Of a DNA stretch of 64,000 nt, positions 50,001-62,000 are shown piece after piece (the first letter of the stretch is position 1; the number at the start of each line of letters is the position of its first letter). A program made the translations under genes and the position numbers. The stretch is taken from contig OZ237744.1 in assembly GCA_965178125.1 (NCBI GenBank), positions 310,001-374,000 on the forward strand, given 5' to 3'. The notes beneath the pieces are model-generated. The model was not told where the DNA came from and did no database searches. It saw only the letters and a list, made by a program, of their open reading frames with translations. Source of the stretch: Bilabrum cf. latius (taxonomy: Eukaryota).

Positions 50001-53000
50001 AGAAGCGGGTATCGAGCTGCTCACGAGGATTGGGGCAGCCGGAAATTCAAGCCTCTCATCACTTGGCGAGAAGGTCGCGAAGGCAGCAGAAGAGGTCCGC
50101 ATTAGCCACGGCATTATCCCGGAGGGAGGCGCAGTGGCAGCAGCCATGGCGACAGTTCCAAGTGCTGTGGATACATTGCTCCCGCCGGGGCTTTTGCTGA
50201 GCGGACCGCGCACCGATGGCTCAATTGCATGCCCGCCAGAGTATGGAGTCGTGGGTCCAGGAGCAAGTCTTGGATTTTGCGGCATCTCCTTGAATCACCA
50301 TTCATACATGGCACTCATGCTGTCTGGAACAGGCAATGGAGACTCTGTTGAGTACAATGATGATTTGGCGTCAGATGGTGTCGCTGCGCAACAGACTTCT
50401 CAAGTTGCACCCGATGCCTTGCCAAGCCCAACCGTTGTGCCTATGCTGGTATTTCGAGTCATTGACACTGGCGCAGGACTCGCACGAGATCCAGCTGGCA
50501 GCAGCAAGAACGAGCTATTCTCTGCATTTGTGACGAGAGAGGTATCTGCCCCTGAAAATTCTCAAGATCAAGCATGGATTCGCAGCGATAATGAACAGAT
50601 TGGAATCGGAAGCGAAGCGCGGGATGACAGTGCTGTCCCATTTGCAGTTGGGTCTACTTCAGGTGTCTCAAACGAGCGGTCTACCCGATTCAATCCGACA
50701 GCACCGGATGGAAGCGCTAGTTCCGTAGCCAAGCAGAAGGGTTCTGGGCTCGGGCTAGCCATGGCTGAAGAGCTGACCAAGCAGATGGGAGGGACCATCG
50801 GGCTTGGTGCTGAGTAGAGGAAGAAGAGGACCGTGCTGGAGGTGTCGCTGCCGCTGCGGCCGCCCTGGCGCGTGGTTCGCAGGATGGAGACAGGGGCCGC
50901 GAGCAAACTGCGCAAGGGCACCTGCTTGATGTGGGAGCAGCGGCTGCGGCAAGAGATGCAGGCTATTGGTCGTGCATGTGAGCTGTTGTCACAGGGAAAG
51001 ACTGATGCTGCCCTAGCCGAGTGCTCGTGCGCTGCAATTGCAGGGAGAGAAGCCTTTGGTCCATATTCAGCCATTGGCGTGGAGCAGCGGCAGCCTACTA
51101 CTCGTAGGAGTGTTTCATCGGATGAAGGCATTCTTGCAGCTAGCACAATGCCAGTCGAGCACACCACTGCAAACAGAAGGTCTTGCCGAAGTCCGACAGC
51201 AAACTAGGGTATCGGCGAGGGCCTACATCGTCGCCTTGGCGACAGCACCGCTTCGAAGAATGCCACGTCATCGTTCTCCCTTCGGGTTGGCTCGATTGAG
51301 CCGAGCTCTAGGACGGGAAATTGTGCGCCAGGCATCACCAATGATGCAACCCATGCTCCTGATCGAGAGCTTGAACGACGGCCGGGCGAGACACCGTTCG
51401 ATGACCCAGTCAACCGCCCAGCTTGCGTGTCAAGCAATGCAAACCACGACAGGAGTCTCCAAAGCAGCGAAGGCAAAAGATACTCAAGGAGGGACACCCA
51501 GGTGCTCAGGGCGCTTGAGGAAGTGCGCTCGTCCACACGAGCCGAATGCACAGCAGGGGCTGAGGCATGCCTCGTGAATACTCTCAAGAGTGTCTCCGCC
51601 CTGGACTAGAGCAGGCTTTCGGCAATTTTGCTGCACATGCGGTCATTTTCGGGTCAGTTTGATGCTGCGTCTCGTCGTAGTGAAGCTGGCAATGCCGATG
51701 AGTCTGTTTAGACCTCTGACCACCAGCGACGGGACATGTCGACGGAAGGCAACCTTCAATCACTTACGACTCCGTCGAGGCTGCTCTACAGCCAAGGACT
51801 AAGTCATAGGTCTATTGGCGACTTGTGTGATGACACGCATGCCTGGGGAGATGTTCCTACCGAGCCAGTCGTAGTACCCTCTTCCGCACGAGCGAGAGCC
51901 AGGCCAGCAGCCTCCGCGAAGGTTCAGCACTCGCATCCCAATTCTGTTGTAAGTTGCTCAGATAAGGGTGGTATAGGCAACACAACTGACCAAGGTTGCA
52001 TGCAGTCGCACGATGGCTGCATCGTCGAAGAGGCAGCAAGGGAGCTCGTGCTGCCGTATACCCGAGGCCACAGGGACAGTCGCACCGCAGCGCAAGGGGC
52101 GTACAGTCGCACCGCAGCGCAAGGGGCGTCAATCTTGCCTAGAATTGCCGGCAATGCGGGAGTGTCGTGTGTTGAGGCCGACGTTACCGCCCTCGGTGCA
52201 ACGGCTCAAGTACTGCGACGTGCTTTTGAACGCGGGATGCACAGTGCTGAGGTGGGCGACTCTTTGGCCTGCAGCAACACATCCGGACCCGCAGATTTCC
52301 AGGCGCGGGATCCTCGATCCAGGTCAATGCCGGGAAGAGATGCCTCTCTGTCGGCGGGTGGATAGGAGGGGTGTCGTTCATTGGATTCTGCATTGCCTTT
52401 AGCAGGGGATTCAACCAGCGGTCCTCTCTCTGGCCTCCACGTTCTCGTGGTGGACGACGAGCGAGCCCTCAGGCGCATGGCCTCGCGCATGTTGACTAGA
52501 CTAGGCGCCACATGCGAGGAGCTAGAGGACGGAGAAGAGTGCGAGGCCGTGCTAAAGAGTAAGGGCCAGCTTCCGGGATCATATGCGGCTGGAACGAGAG
52601 CACTAGGTTGCGACCACGGCGCTTCCGAGGCCGGTCCTCAATTTGATGTTATCCTTTCGGACATTGTGATGGTGCACTCGAGAGGCACAGACGTCTGCAA
52701 GCACCTCCTTGAGCTCGGATGCAGGGTGCCCATCTTCGCCATGACCGCCAACCACGATGCTTGGAACCTGCCAGAGTACAGAGCCGCCGGCTTCTACGGC
52801 ATTCTGCCCAAGCCATACTCCCAGAGTCAGCTACTGCAGAAGCTCGCAGATCTCCGAGGCAGTGGTACCATTGAAGCAGTCAGAGCAGAGCAGCAGAGGT
52901 GGGCTAGAAGCGGATCTGTGGCTGTGCAAACGGTTGAGGATCTATGGGCAAACAGGGACAGGCAACTGTACCCTGGCAGCGGCGAGACGGCCCGACATCG

Positions 53001-53292
53001 CAGTAAGAGCGGCCCATCGTACAGCAGGGGGTCGCCTCGAAGGGCTATTTCGGGCGTGTCTGGGCAGCAGCCAATCAAAGATCTGTTGGCTGGCGAACGA
53101 GCTGGTGGTGAGTCTGGCCCACTCGACAGAGGGCCCAGGCCAACGCGTCTGGAGCTGTCCACAATGTAGCCTGCATTCGCAACTCAACGGAGTGAATCAA
53201 TTCGGACCTCAACATCTGCACCCCCGGATGCACGATCTCGAAAAGATCGTCGCGTCGTGAAACGAAGGGAAAAGAGGAAGCAGGAGACGTGA
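47003..53292 (+). CDS. Hybrid histidine kinase: TM-CHASE-TM-HisKA-HATPase-receiver (~2060 aa, 5' end uncertain)
   Basis: CHASE-like NVIGLDL...AVTRPLQL...GVLVTAPVY. H-box VVHEQRNPL, LVNDLLDLSRL, N-box QILANGLTNAAKF (joined by intron 49378-49481), G1 VIDTGAG, G2 GSGLGLA. Receiver VLVVDD...ILSDIVM...PIFAMTAN...LPKP. Ends at TGA 53290. The frame is open from 46754 and the first ATG is 47003. Confidence 0.88.
52076..52129. repeat. 27-nt perfect tandem duplication in histidine kinase linker
   Basis: acagtcgcaccgcagcgcaaggggcgt x2 (SRTAAQGA x2). Confidence 0.9.
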
Positions 53293-53411
53293 TGCCGAGT
53301 ATTAGTTGTATGCCTGAAGAGCTCATCACAGGCCTGCCAGGACGTGCGCGCGGCGAGGGTTGCGGTTGTGCTACTTCTTGCCTTTTCATGTGAATCCAAA
53401 TCGTGTATCGC

Positions 53412-55625
53412 TCAATTGATGTCCAGCAATGACCCAGCAAACATGCCATAGTCACCCCGCTAGACCTGTGTGATGGATCGGCGCCTGCACCTCCAGCACC
53501 ACTGGGACACCTGCAACACGCCTCCCACCACGTGCTGCATCCTCTCGGCGCAGCGCCGGTTGCAGTGCACACAAGGCACCGCGCTGATCTCTCTCCTCCT
53601 CTCATATTCCAGTCTTCGGTGCACGTGCATGCGTGCATATGTCCCCTTCCAATCGGTGTCCTTGGGTGTCCTCCGGCAGTCCCGGGGCATCTTTGCGACC
53701 AGCTGACCCGCGGACGCGCTGAGCAGCTGCTCGGTGCTCGGCTTGAATCGATCCGATCCTACGATCCTCGGAGAGGCACCCGCCCTCTGCGGTCCAGACT
53801 GGGCATGACCCGAACCCACTCCCGCACCCATACCTGCACCACGAGGTGCCTCCCCTCCTGCACACACGCTTGGTTCTGTGCTACTTCCAACCGTATGTTC
53901 AATAGACTTCGATTGATCCGAAGTCTTCGACCTTTCCGTCGACTGGATTGAGCCCTCCAGCACAAATGGTCGGGACCGGATCAGCGAGGTTGGTGCAGCT
54001 GGAGAGACTGCCTGGCGCCCACTGGCAGATCCAGCGCTCTACTGAACGCCTGTTCTGGCAACAGATGAAGTCTATCTTGAAGAGCCTATCGCCGGTGGCT
54101 GATAAGCTCCTGAGATGACTGGCACAACTGGTTCCAACCCTGCCTTGTCTGCGACTGCCGGAGATTTGGACGGCGACAATGATACTGATGACGACGATGA
54201 TGATGATGACGTCCACTATGTACTTGGCACTACAACGGATGCTCTCGTGCTTTGGTCGAGTGCTTGCAACTCGCCCTTGCCCGCATCCCAAGCAGTCCTT
54301 GCTCCTGGAAGCGGCACGCGCTGAGCTGCCCGAGACGCCTCGGGGAGGCTTCCTGAAGAGGAGCGCACCTGGGACTGACTGGAAACAGCAAGGGGATTCG
54401 CTGCGATCTTTGGCCCGGTATCGTCTGCGCTGTCGTCGCCACCGTGCAATGCACCCAGACCCGCCTCTGGATCCACTGCACTCGTGAAGCACGAAGAGCT
54501 CCAACCCTGGAAATCGCCACTTTCACTCTCCTTTTCCATCCCGTTCTTTGTCGCATCAGCCTCATCGTCGCCATTAATACCGCCGTATGAAAACGAAGAC
54601 GAGTTCCTCCAGCCCTCGCACGGCTCGGGGTAGCTGCCCCTGAAGAAGTCCCTTGCCACCATGCGCACCCACACCGGGTTGGAACTCGTGGGGCCGCACA
54701 GCGCCCTGCATGACCCAGCCACGGAGCACGCGTCCCTGTAGGAGAGCGAGAGCAGCAGGCGGTGCAGGAGAGTGGGCCTGCAGACAAGCTTCGACAGCTG
54801 GCTGCCTCGCTGGAGATTCGGTGCCTGCCGCGCGGCAACTGCTGGTCCTTGACGGCTACTAGTATCGGAAGGAACGCTGCCAGCTGGCCGATTCTGGTCT
54901 CCTCCAGCAGTCGCTTTGAAATCTGCTCCAGGCTGCCCCTTCTCTGCAGCCAATCCCAGTGGCAGTGGCAGTGGCAGTGGCGGTAAATGCTGCGTAGACT
55001 GGGCCACCGGAACAACGCCGAGGGCGCTGTGGCTCGGCTCCGTGGCAGCTTGACGAGTGCCCAACACGGGTACATCTAAAGGTTTTGGTATAGTCTCCTC
55101 CGATACTACAATGGTTAGGTCGTCCGTGCTTGCATTTGCTCGGGCACTCGACATGTCGCGGCCAGTGCGGCTGCCTATGCTTGGCAGCAAGGCAGACGTG
55201 TCGATGTCGTCTTCTAAGTCACGCAAAAATGCAGTCATGCGATCATCCAGTGATGCATTCGCGATAGCTGCAGGTAGGACAGCGCGGAGAACTAGGCCGG
55301 CGATCAGAATGGTCTTGGTCCGTAGCGAGAAAGCTGCTTGGACTGCCGCATGCGACATCGCCCTACGAGTCGCACCAGAGTTCTCTCCTCTATCACCAAG
55401 CCGAGACTCCATGACATTGTAAATTTCAGTTGCAATACACTCTTCCCTATTGCTATGTGCGAACCTTTCAGCCATGTCGGAACCACCAGACGTAGACTTG
55501 CACTTGTCCTTAAATCGTTCGATACCAGTTGCAAGAGCCTGCCTCAAGACTCGAACGACCCGAGAACGATGCTAGCGAGTACTATCATTGCCCTCTTCTG
55601 GTCTAGCACGCTTTGAACCGATCAT
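53412..55625 (-). CDS. F-box-like protein with TFIIS-central-like N-terminus and C-terminal CxxC...CxxC ribbon (~737 aa)
   Basis: One frame from ATG 55625 to TGA 53412 with only TAG interruptions. F-box-like PTLLHRLLLSLSYRDACSVAGSCRAL...VW, later DWKGTY, then CVHC-x19-CWRC. Confidence 0.55.
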
Positions 55626-55975
55626 GCTGGTCACAAGGCGTGGAAGCCGAAATTGCATCTCTTGGCTGGCGCGGCAGTGCCCTGCATTTTTCTTGTGCCG
55701 CGGCGGTGCACGGTTGCAGGTCACACTGTGGCACTCCGATTGAGTGTCACATCACAGTGGGGGCCCGTTGTCAATGCCGATAATTCAACTTAACGTAGGA
55801 AGTTACTGGAATCAATCAAGATCGGTTCAATTTCCACCCGAATGTCTTGTGCAGAGGCACTGGAGCACCCAGCAGGTGCGACAACAAGCACGCTCTGCGC
55901 CTGCTGGACTACAATGAGCGTCAAGCATTGGACTCCCAACCCAATTCAGCCCAAAGCCATCGAGTGCAAGCACGC

Positions 55976-56799
55976 TCAGATGGAAGGCAGCTTGGGTACC
56001 ACGCCCATGTGCCCCAGCGAGCCGGCCACCGTGCCCACCAGCAGCCCTAGGATGCTCAAGACCCAGAAGCCTCCGTTGTACCGGGCGGGGGCGCCCTTCT
56101 CAGAGCGGTACCCGCGGGCGTACAGCTCCCTCCCGGCGATGAACACCACGCCAAGCCCAGCGGAGATTTTGGGGAAGAAGACGCCGCTGCTCAGCAGCAG
56201 GAACAAGGCGGGGGGCAGGATCTCCAGGTAGTTCTGGTGCCTGCGGACCTTGATGATCAGGTAAACGCAAATAAATCTCAGAAATTGATAAGAGCAGCTA
56301 TGGTGCAGTTTACGGATCAGCGTATCGATGATGCCATGGGTGAACTGGAGGAGGAAGGAATGCCTTTGCGCTACTCACGCGCGCTGTGCGTTGTTGATCA
56401 GCAGGTAGTCCTTCATGGATAGAAGCTGTCCATACTTGCCTGCAATCGAAATTACTATCACTGGTTAGAAACATGGGGCTTTTGATGAAGGCTATTTGGT
56501 ATTGGCATGGATGACGGCTTTTGAAGGGGTCGCGGAAAAACCCGAACTTGGACCCGTCACAAAACAAAACTCTTACCCTGGCCCATGTCTGGGTAGCCGT
56601 TCTTGTCAATATCAGACTTAGTTATCTTGTTGTGCTCCTCGTTGAGCTGCTTGTATTCCTCAGTCTTGCGGAATGAGGAGTCGGGCCCGAACACCTTTTT
56701 GCGAGCACCTCCGACTGCTACCCCCTGAATCACCGAATGCACGCAAATAGCAGCGCCAGTGAGAACTGCGTAAAGAATGAGAGGATAGGTGCGAGCCAT
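55976..56799 (-). CDS. MGST3: MAPEG family microsomal glutathione S-transferase 3-like, 3 exons
   Basis: Exons 56799-56577, 56439-56379 and 56240-55976 give GYPDMGQGKY...NNAQRAHQNYLE...GRELYARGY. Introns are GTAAGA..TGCAG and GTGAGT..CGCAG. Ends at TGA. Confidence 0.88.
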
Positions 56800-57168
56800 G
56801 CCAACTTGTTCCGAATTGTCCTACCAGCTCAACTCCAAAGTCCACGTGGCGCAAACAACTACGCATTCAGTTCAAGTGTCATGTTTTTGCACGGTTTTCG
56901 CCATGTGCGCCTCACGAACATAACCAAAGTCACCTGCAAAAAGCTGGCTTGCAGGGGATCCAGCCATTGTCTTCTTGGATCTTGAAAAATGTGCAAATAA
57001 GGACAAGGATGTCGACCGAACCCATGGAACGTTCGGTTCGATCCACTCACCCTTTGAAGTTTGAACCGGGATCTTAAACCAGAATTCCTTCCTTCCTTCC
57101 TTCCGGGAATCACCCGAAACGATGAGATCATGATGAAATCGCACATTGTACACAAGTGTTCGATCCGA

Positions 57169-58899
57169 TCACCCTCGCTTCTCCTCCACCGCCGATCCCG
57201 ACGCAAACGGCAGCGTCACCCCCCGCTCTAGCGCGCCCGCCACCCGCAGCCGGTCCGTCCCGCCCCTCCGCAGCAGCTCCAGCCTGGCCTACTCCACCAT
57301 CTCCGCCTGTCTCGTCCTGTCGGCCCGCATGATGGACGACTCCACAGGGGCCAGCAGCCTCCTAGACCCGGAGTACAGCGCCATCGTGCCAGCTGCAATC
57401 AGGGCGGGGAAAGCCACCATACCAAGGAACAAGGCAGGCGCTCGCTTCCGGGCCAGGTACGCCCCGCCGGAGAACAGCACCGCACTCGTCACAGGGATCG
57501 CCACGTCAGACAGCAGCGAATCGGACGGGGGCCGCACGAGCTCTTTGGCCCTGGTCACGGGCACTCGCCCGAAGCGAACACAGACGCCTGCGAGCAGGTG
57601 CTCGTCCACGAGAGCGAGCACTCTGCCTGTCCCTTGCGCCTGCAGGCGAAACGCCACGATTTCTTCCCTCTCCCTGGCATCCACGAGCTGCGCGGCGGTT
57701 TCCCAGGGGCACTTGCTTCCTCCCGTGGCTCGCATCGCAGAGCGGGCGTGCTCCAAGGAGGGACCCAGCGACCTGGTCTGCCCCAGCCACGCCTCGTCCA
57801 CGATCCTGGGCTTCTCGATGGCGTCAGCTGCTCGTTGGAAGAAGGCCTCCACGTCACTGGCACTGTCCCGCGCGGCAAGTGCTCGCATGGCGTCTGTACC
57901 GATCCGGAGGGAAACTGGTTTGCGGTCGTTAGGCTGCGTGGTGCCTGCACCGGTTGGGAGGCTCTCGCCTTCGACTGCGTCCTCGTCCTCGTCCTCGTTG
58001 CCATTGTCAGCACTGGACACTTTTGCCTTCAGTTCTTCCTGTGCTCTTTTCGTGCGGTCTGTGGCCACTGCGCCCACCTTCCGGATGACGGTTGCAACCT
58101 GGGACCGATCAGCGGTTGCAACCGCGGCTGCGGCGCGGAGCACCTGCTTCCAGCCGCCCAGGATCTCCTTGGCGCCGAGCAGCGTGTCTACGAGGTTCAC
58201 GAACGTTCGCGTTCGGATCCTGCCGATGGCTTCGTGCCTCTCGAGGGGAAGCACCCTGCCAGACACGGGGGGCTCCACGGTCGTCGTGTAGGCCACTTTC
58301 AGGGCGTCCTGGAGGTCTTGAGCGAGCAGCTCCGGCGGGAGCACTTCTTCTTCCAGCTGATTCGATTTCTTAATGTCTTCTCTGACGCGTCGCAGGCGGG
58401 GAGTCTCGAGGGCGATGCCACCGGATGGCATGCCGGTCTGCACCGGGTCCCTAGATAGCATCGCAATCCCGCGCTGCCACTGCCCGAATAAGACCGTATC
58501 AGCCAGCACCGGCAAATTTGCTGCCGACGGTTCCACCTCATCCCGAACAAAATCTTCGGGTAGCACTGAAAAATAGGTTCGACGGTCAGGAAACCTGTGC
58601 CTCAACCGCCGTCGTGAGGACTGCAGGCCTACCGTGCCTGGCCGCTCATCTCTGATAATCTCAGCTACGAGCTCCCTTGCAGCAATACTTTTAATTGTAC
58701 CATCGGTATACTGAACCTTAGATGCATCACAAAGCCCAACCACTTTGAATGAAGCATGCTCAGATGTCCACTGTGCTGAGGCAATATCCAAGTGAGCGAC
58801 TGTCGGCTCTGCACGCGGCGCATGGCTATTATCTGCCCTCTATGCGTCACTAGGAGCTTCACCACTAACGTCGTTCTGCTTCGAAGCGCTGGATCCCAT
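57169..58899 (-). CDS. Divergent TraB/TRABD-like membrane protein with N-terminal MGSSAS (~576 aa)
   Basis: ATG 58899 to TGA 57169 through TAG 58840 and 57289. IIRDERPGTVGLQ and LVDAREREEIVAFRL...RVLALVDEHLLAGV resemble TraB-family blocks. C-terminal hydrophobic hairpin. Confidence 0.5.
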
Positions 58900-59026
58900 A
58901 GCTAGACGATTTGTTGTGCATTTTGCATCGCTGATTTTGGCGGTTCCAACCAGCCATTCCGCGTGTAGTGCAACCTTCGAGATACTGCGCGCAGAACTGT
59001 TCGACGCGCGTAATTACTGTAACGCA

Positions 59027-62000
59027 ATGTCGACTATGGGAGAATCTCCGCAGGGTCCCAGTATGTTGTCCCAGGGATCCGTTGATAGCGATGCTTTGAC
59101 AACACCTCAGAAGGGCAAGCCAGCAGGACTTCGAATTGGGATACCAGGGCCGTCTATTGAAGCATTCTTAACGTTCGAGCAAATGAGGTAAGAAAAATTG
59201 CTGTATTACTTGGTGCGGCAACGTTGAACTATGGCTATCGACAAACGAAGAGCACGCGTTGCGCGAGCCGTTCCGTCCGAGACGCGCAGGGGCGTGCAGA
59301 CTCCAGTCAATGTGGTTTCAAGGCGCACAACAGTGATGCACAGAGCCATCGAGGGGATACGAGATGTGATCAACGCTTCAGCTCGCAAGAAACAGAGAGT
59401 TTCCCGGCCCAAGAAGCGAAGCAAAGCAAAGTCCAGCGGCAGGACCTCCAGGGCCTCGGCAGCTGGCTCAGGAGCAGGCCAGGCCCTAGGCTCCCCGGCG
59501 GGCAGATCCTCCCGCACGAGCTCCAGGTCACGAGGCGAGCACGACAGGCTGTTCGAGCCTTCCCTCCCCATCGTTTCATCTGGGACCCCCTCCAGCATCA
59601 TGGGCCGAGCACCGCCGTCACCGGCCATCTCAGAGCAGTCTCCGGTGACGCCGGCAGTGGCAGCGGCAGGGAACGCATACGGAATGAACAGTCCTAGTTT
59701 ATCAGGCGCGAGCGTGGCGGGCTGCATGAACTCGCAGGAAATTATTTTGGGCCCCGCCACGCTCCCCCCTGCCCTCCTTCCAACTGTCTCCGATCGAGGC
59801 ATGAAAATGCCTCACGGGCAGCTGCCGAGCAGCCGCTTGACAAGTGCGCTGCCTTCAAAGAGCGAGAGCTACGCAGGCGACGTGACTGCGCTTCAGGTGT
59901 CGGACGGTGCCAATGCTCCTTCGGCGGTGGCAGGTGTACAGGCAACCGCGCTGCCACGCACCGCCCTGTCTTCTTTGAGCAAGGCACAAGGCGGTCCAAC
60001 CCAGGGCAACGAATCTCTCAATGCAGCGGGTGCATCCCAGGCTGAGCACTCAGCAGCTGATGGTGGCATGGCTCGCACGCAGAGCGCCCCGAGCTCCGTG
60101 CGGGGACTGCAAGGCGAAGCAGCTGGCAGCGGCAGCAGCGCGAGCGCGAGCTCAGTCGTAAAGAAGGAGACGTCGCCATCATCATCGTCCTCATCATCGG
60201 CATCAGCAGCACAAGATCTTTCGAAATCAGGCACGGGCAGTGCAACCCCCTACAAGATCACCATGCGATGTGCCACGCTGCCACGAGAGGCCGTCCACAG
60301 CGCCTTGGACGCATTGCATGAAGCAGACAGCAAGCTGGCGGGTCTCGCACTGGATCGGATCAACGAGGCCTGGTCGACGATGCTGAGGGATATCGGCCCA
60401 GGGCGGGCTGCGGAGGCGCTGCAGGCCGTGGACGAGCACTCGTACAGTGCGCTGATGAAGGCGACGGCTCTGAAACACGACGTGGCGGCGGCAACTAGCG
60501 TGCTTGCGCTCTGCTGCCTCGGTTGCACAGTGAGCACAAAAGACCTGTCTGGATACGGTCCCGCTCACTGGGCCGCTGTGTGTGCGGGCCCTCGCACGTT
60601 GGAAGTGCTCTGTGCCTTCGGAGCGGATCTCACGGGCGGGTGCCAGGTGGGCGAGACTGCGCTGCACCGTGCCTGTCGTATGGGCCGAGGCGATTCAGCC
60701 GTTCGGCTTATGCAGCTGGGATGCCCGCTGCAAGCCATCAATCACGAGTTCCATACACCCCTTGATGTCGCTGGCTACACTGACGATGGGCAGCTGAATC
60801 AGGCTACCCGCGCGGGCGTTCGCGCAGTCGTGCTGCAGGCCGAGCCCAGCGCGCGACTGGCGGTGTTCTCCCACCCCGACTGCCTAGAGCACAAGACCAG
60901 GGAGAACCACCAAGAGGCGCCAGAGCGCCTCACGGCTATCCTCAAGCGCATGCGCGAGGGCAGGCAGCTGCAGCAGCACGAGTACACGTTCACCTCGTCT
61001 TTCCCCCATGCCAGCGAGGAGGAGCTCTGCAGGGTACACTCGAGCAGGTACGTTGCTTTCATGCAGCACATGGACACTGCAGTGAGCTAGAGCTAGCAGC
61101 CCGTGCCTTTCACTCCCATGGTGCAGAGGGGCATGGGAAAGGTGCCTCTGGAAGACCTCAAGGAGGGCGTCCACAGCGATACCTGGTTCTCGCCGGGATC
61201 GCTCAAGGCGGCAACTCGGGCCGCCGGGGCCGTGTGTGCTGCCGTAGACGCAGTAGCCCAAGGCCACTGCCGCAACGCCATGTGTCTGGTTCGTCCCCCC
61301 GGTCACCACGCTGGCGTGCAGGGGCTGCTACGGGGCTCCAAGAAGGAAAGTTCCTGCGGGTTCTGCATCTTCAATTCGGTTATGATAGGCGCTGCGCACG
61401 CTCTGCGTCACCTAGACCGTGGCAGGAGCTACGGTGGAATGGCACACGACTGGTCTGGTGCCTCCGCTGGTATGTTTCAGCAGCATAGATACGCTAGCAG
61501 CTCGCTGGCAGTGCAACCGTCTCCTTCTATAGCTCCCATCAATCGCGTAGCAATTGTTGACCTGGATGTTCACCACGGAAACGGCACAGAGGAGTGCGTG
61601 CGGTCGTGGCAGGCCAAGCATCCGCTATCAACACACATCTTCTTCTTTTCCATGCATTTGTACGACGTGCAGCTGACTGCCATCCCGGTGAGCGATGACG
61701 AGGAGGAAGAAGAAGAAGATTCCCCAGCCGATGGTAGACAGAGCACCAAGTCAGAGCCTGCTGCACGCATCACAAGGTCAAGGTCCAGACAGTAGGACAC
61801 CCCATCTGCTGGAACTGAGACGAATGCAAAGTCACAAGCAGACAGCAATTCTGGTGACTCGAGCATTGCTGGTGCTGCAGTGAAGTAGCCTGTCGCACGA
61901 ACCGAAGCTGCCGCGCCCACGGACCCCGGCACCGGAACATCCGTCGCGTTGCTGAAGAGGATCTCGAAGGGGGCAGGAGCCAGAGCCACGAGAGGCAGGG

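Noticed and set aside
47003-53292. Prokaryotic origin of the contig suggested by the two-component kinase and ycf21
   Set aside because: Spliceosomal introns, USB1, a RING-CH ligase, GBP and mitochondrial presequences show this is eukaryotic nuclear DNA.
57085-57104. (TTCC)n microsatellite and other short repeats as CRISPR or element ends
   Set aside because: Too short, no spacer structure, and no transposase or terminal repeats anywhere in the window.
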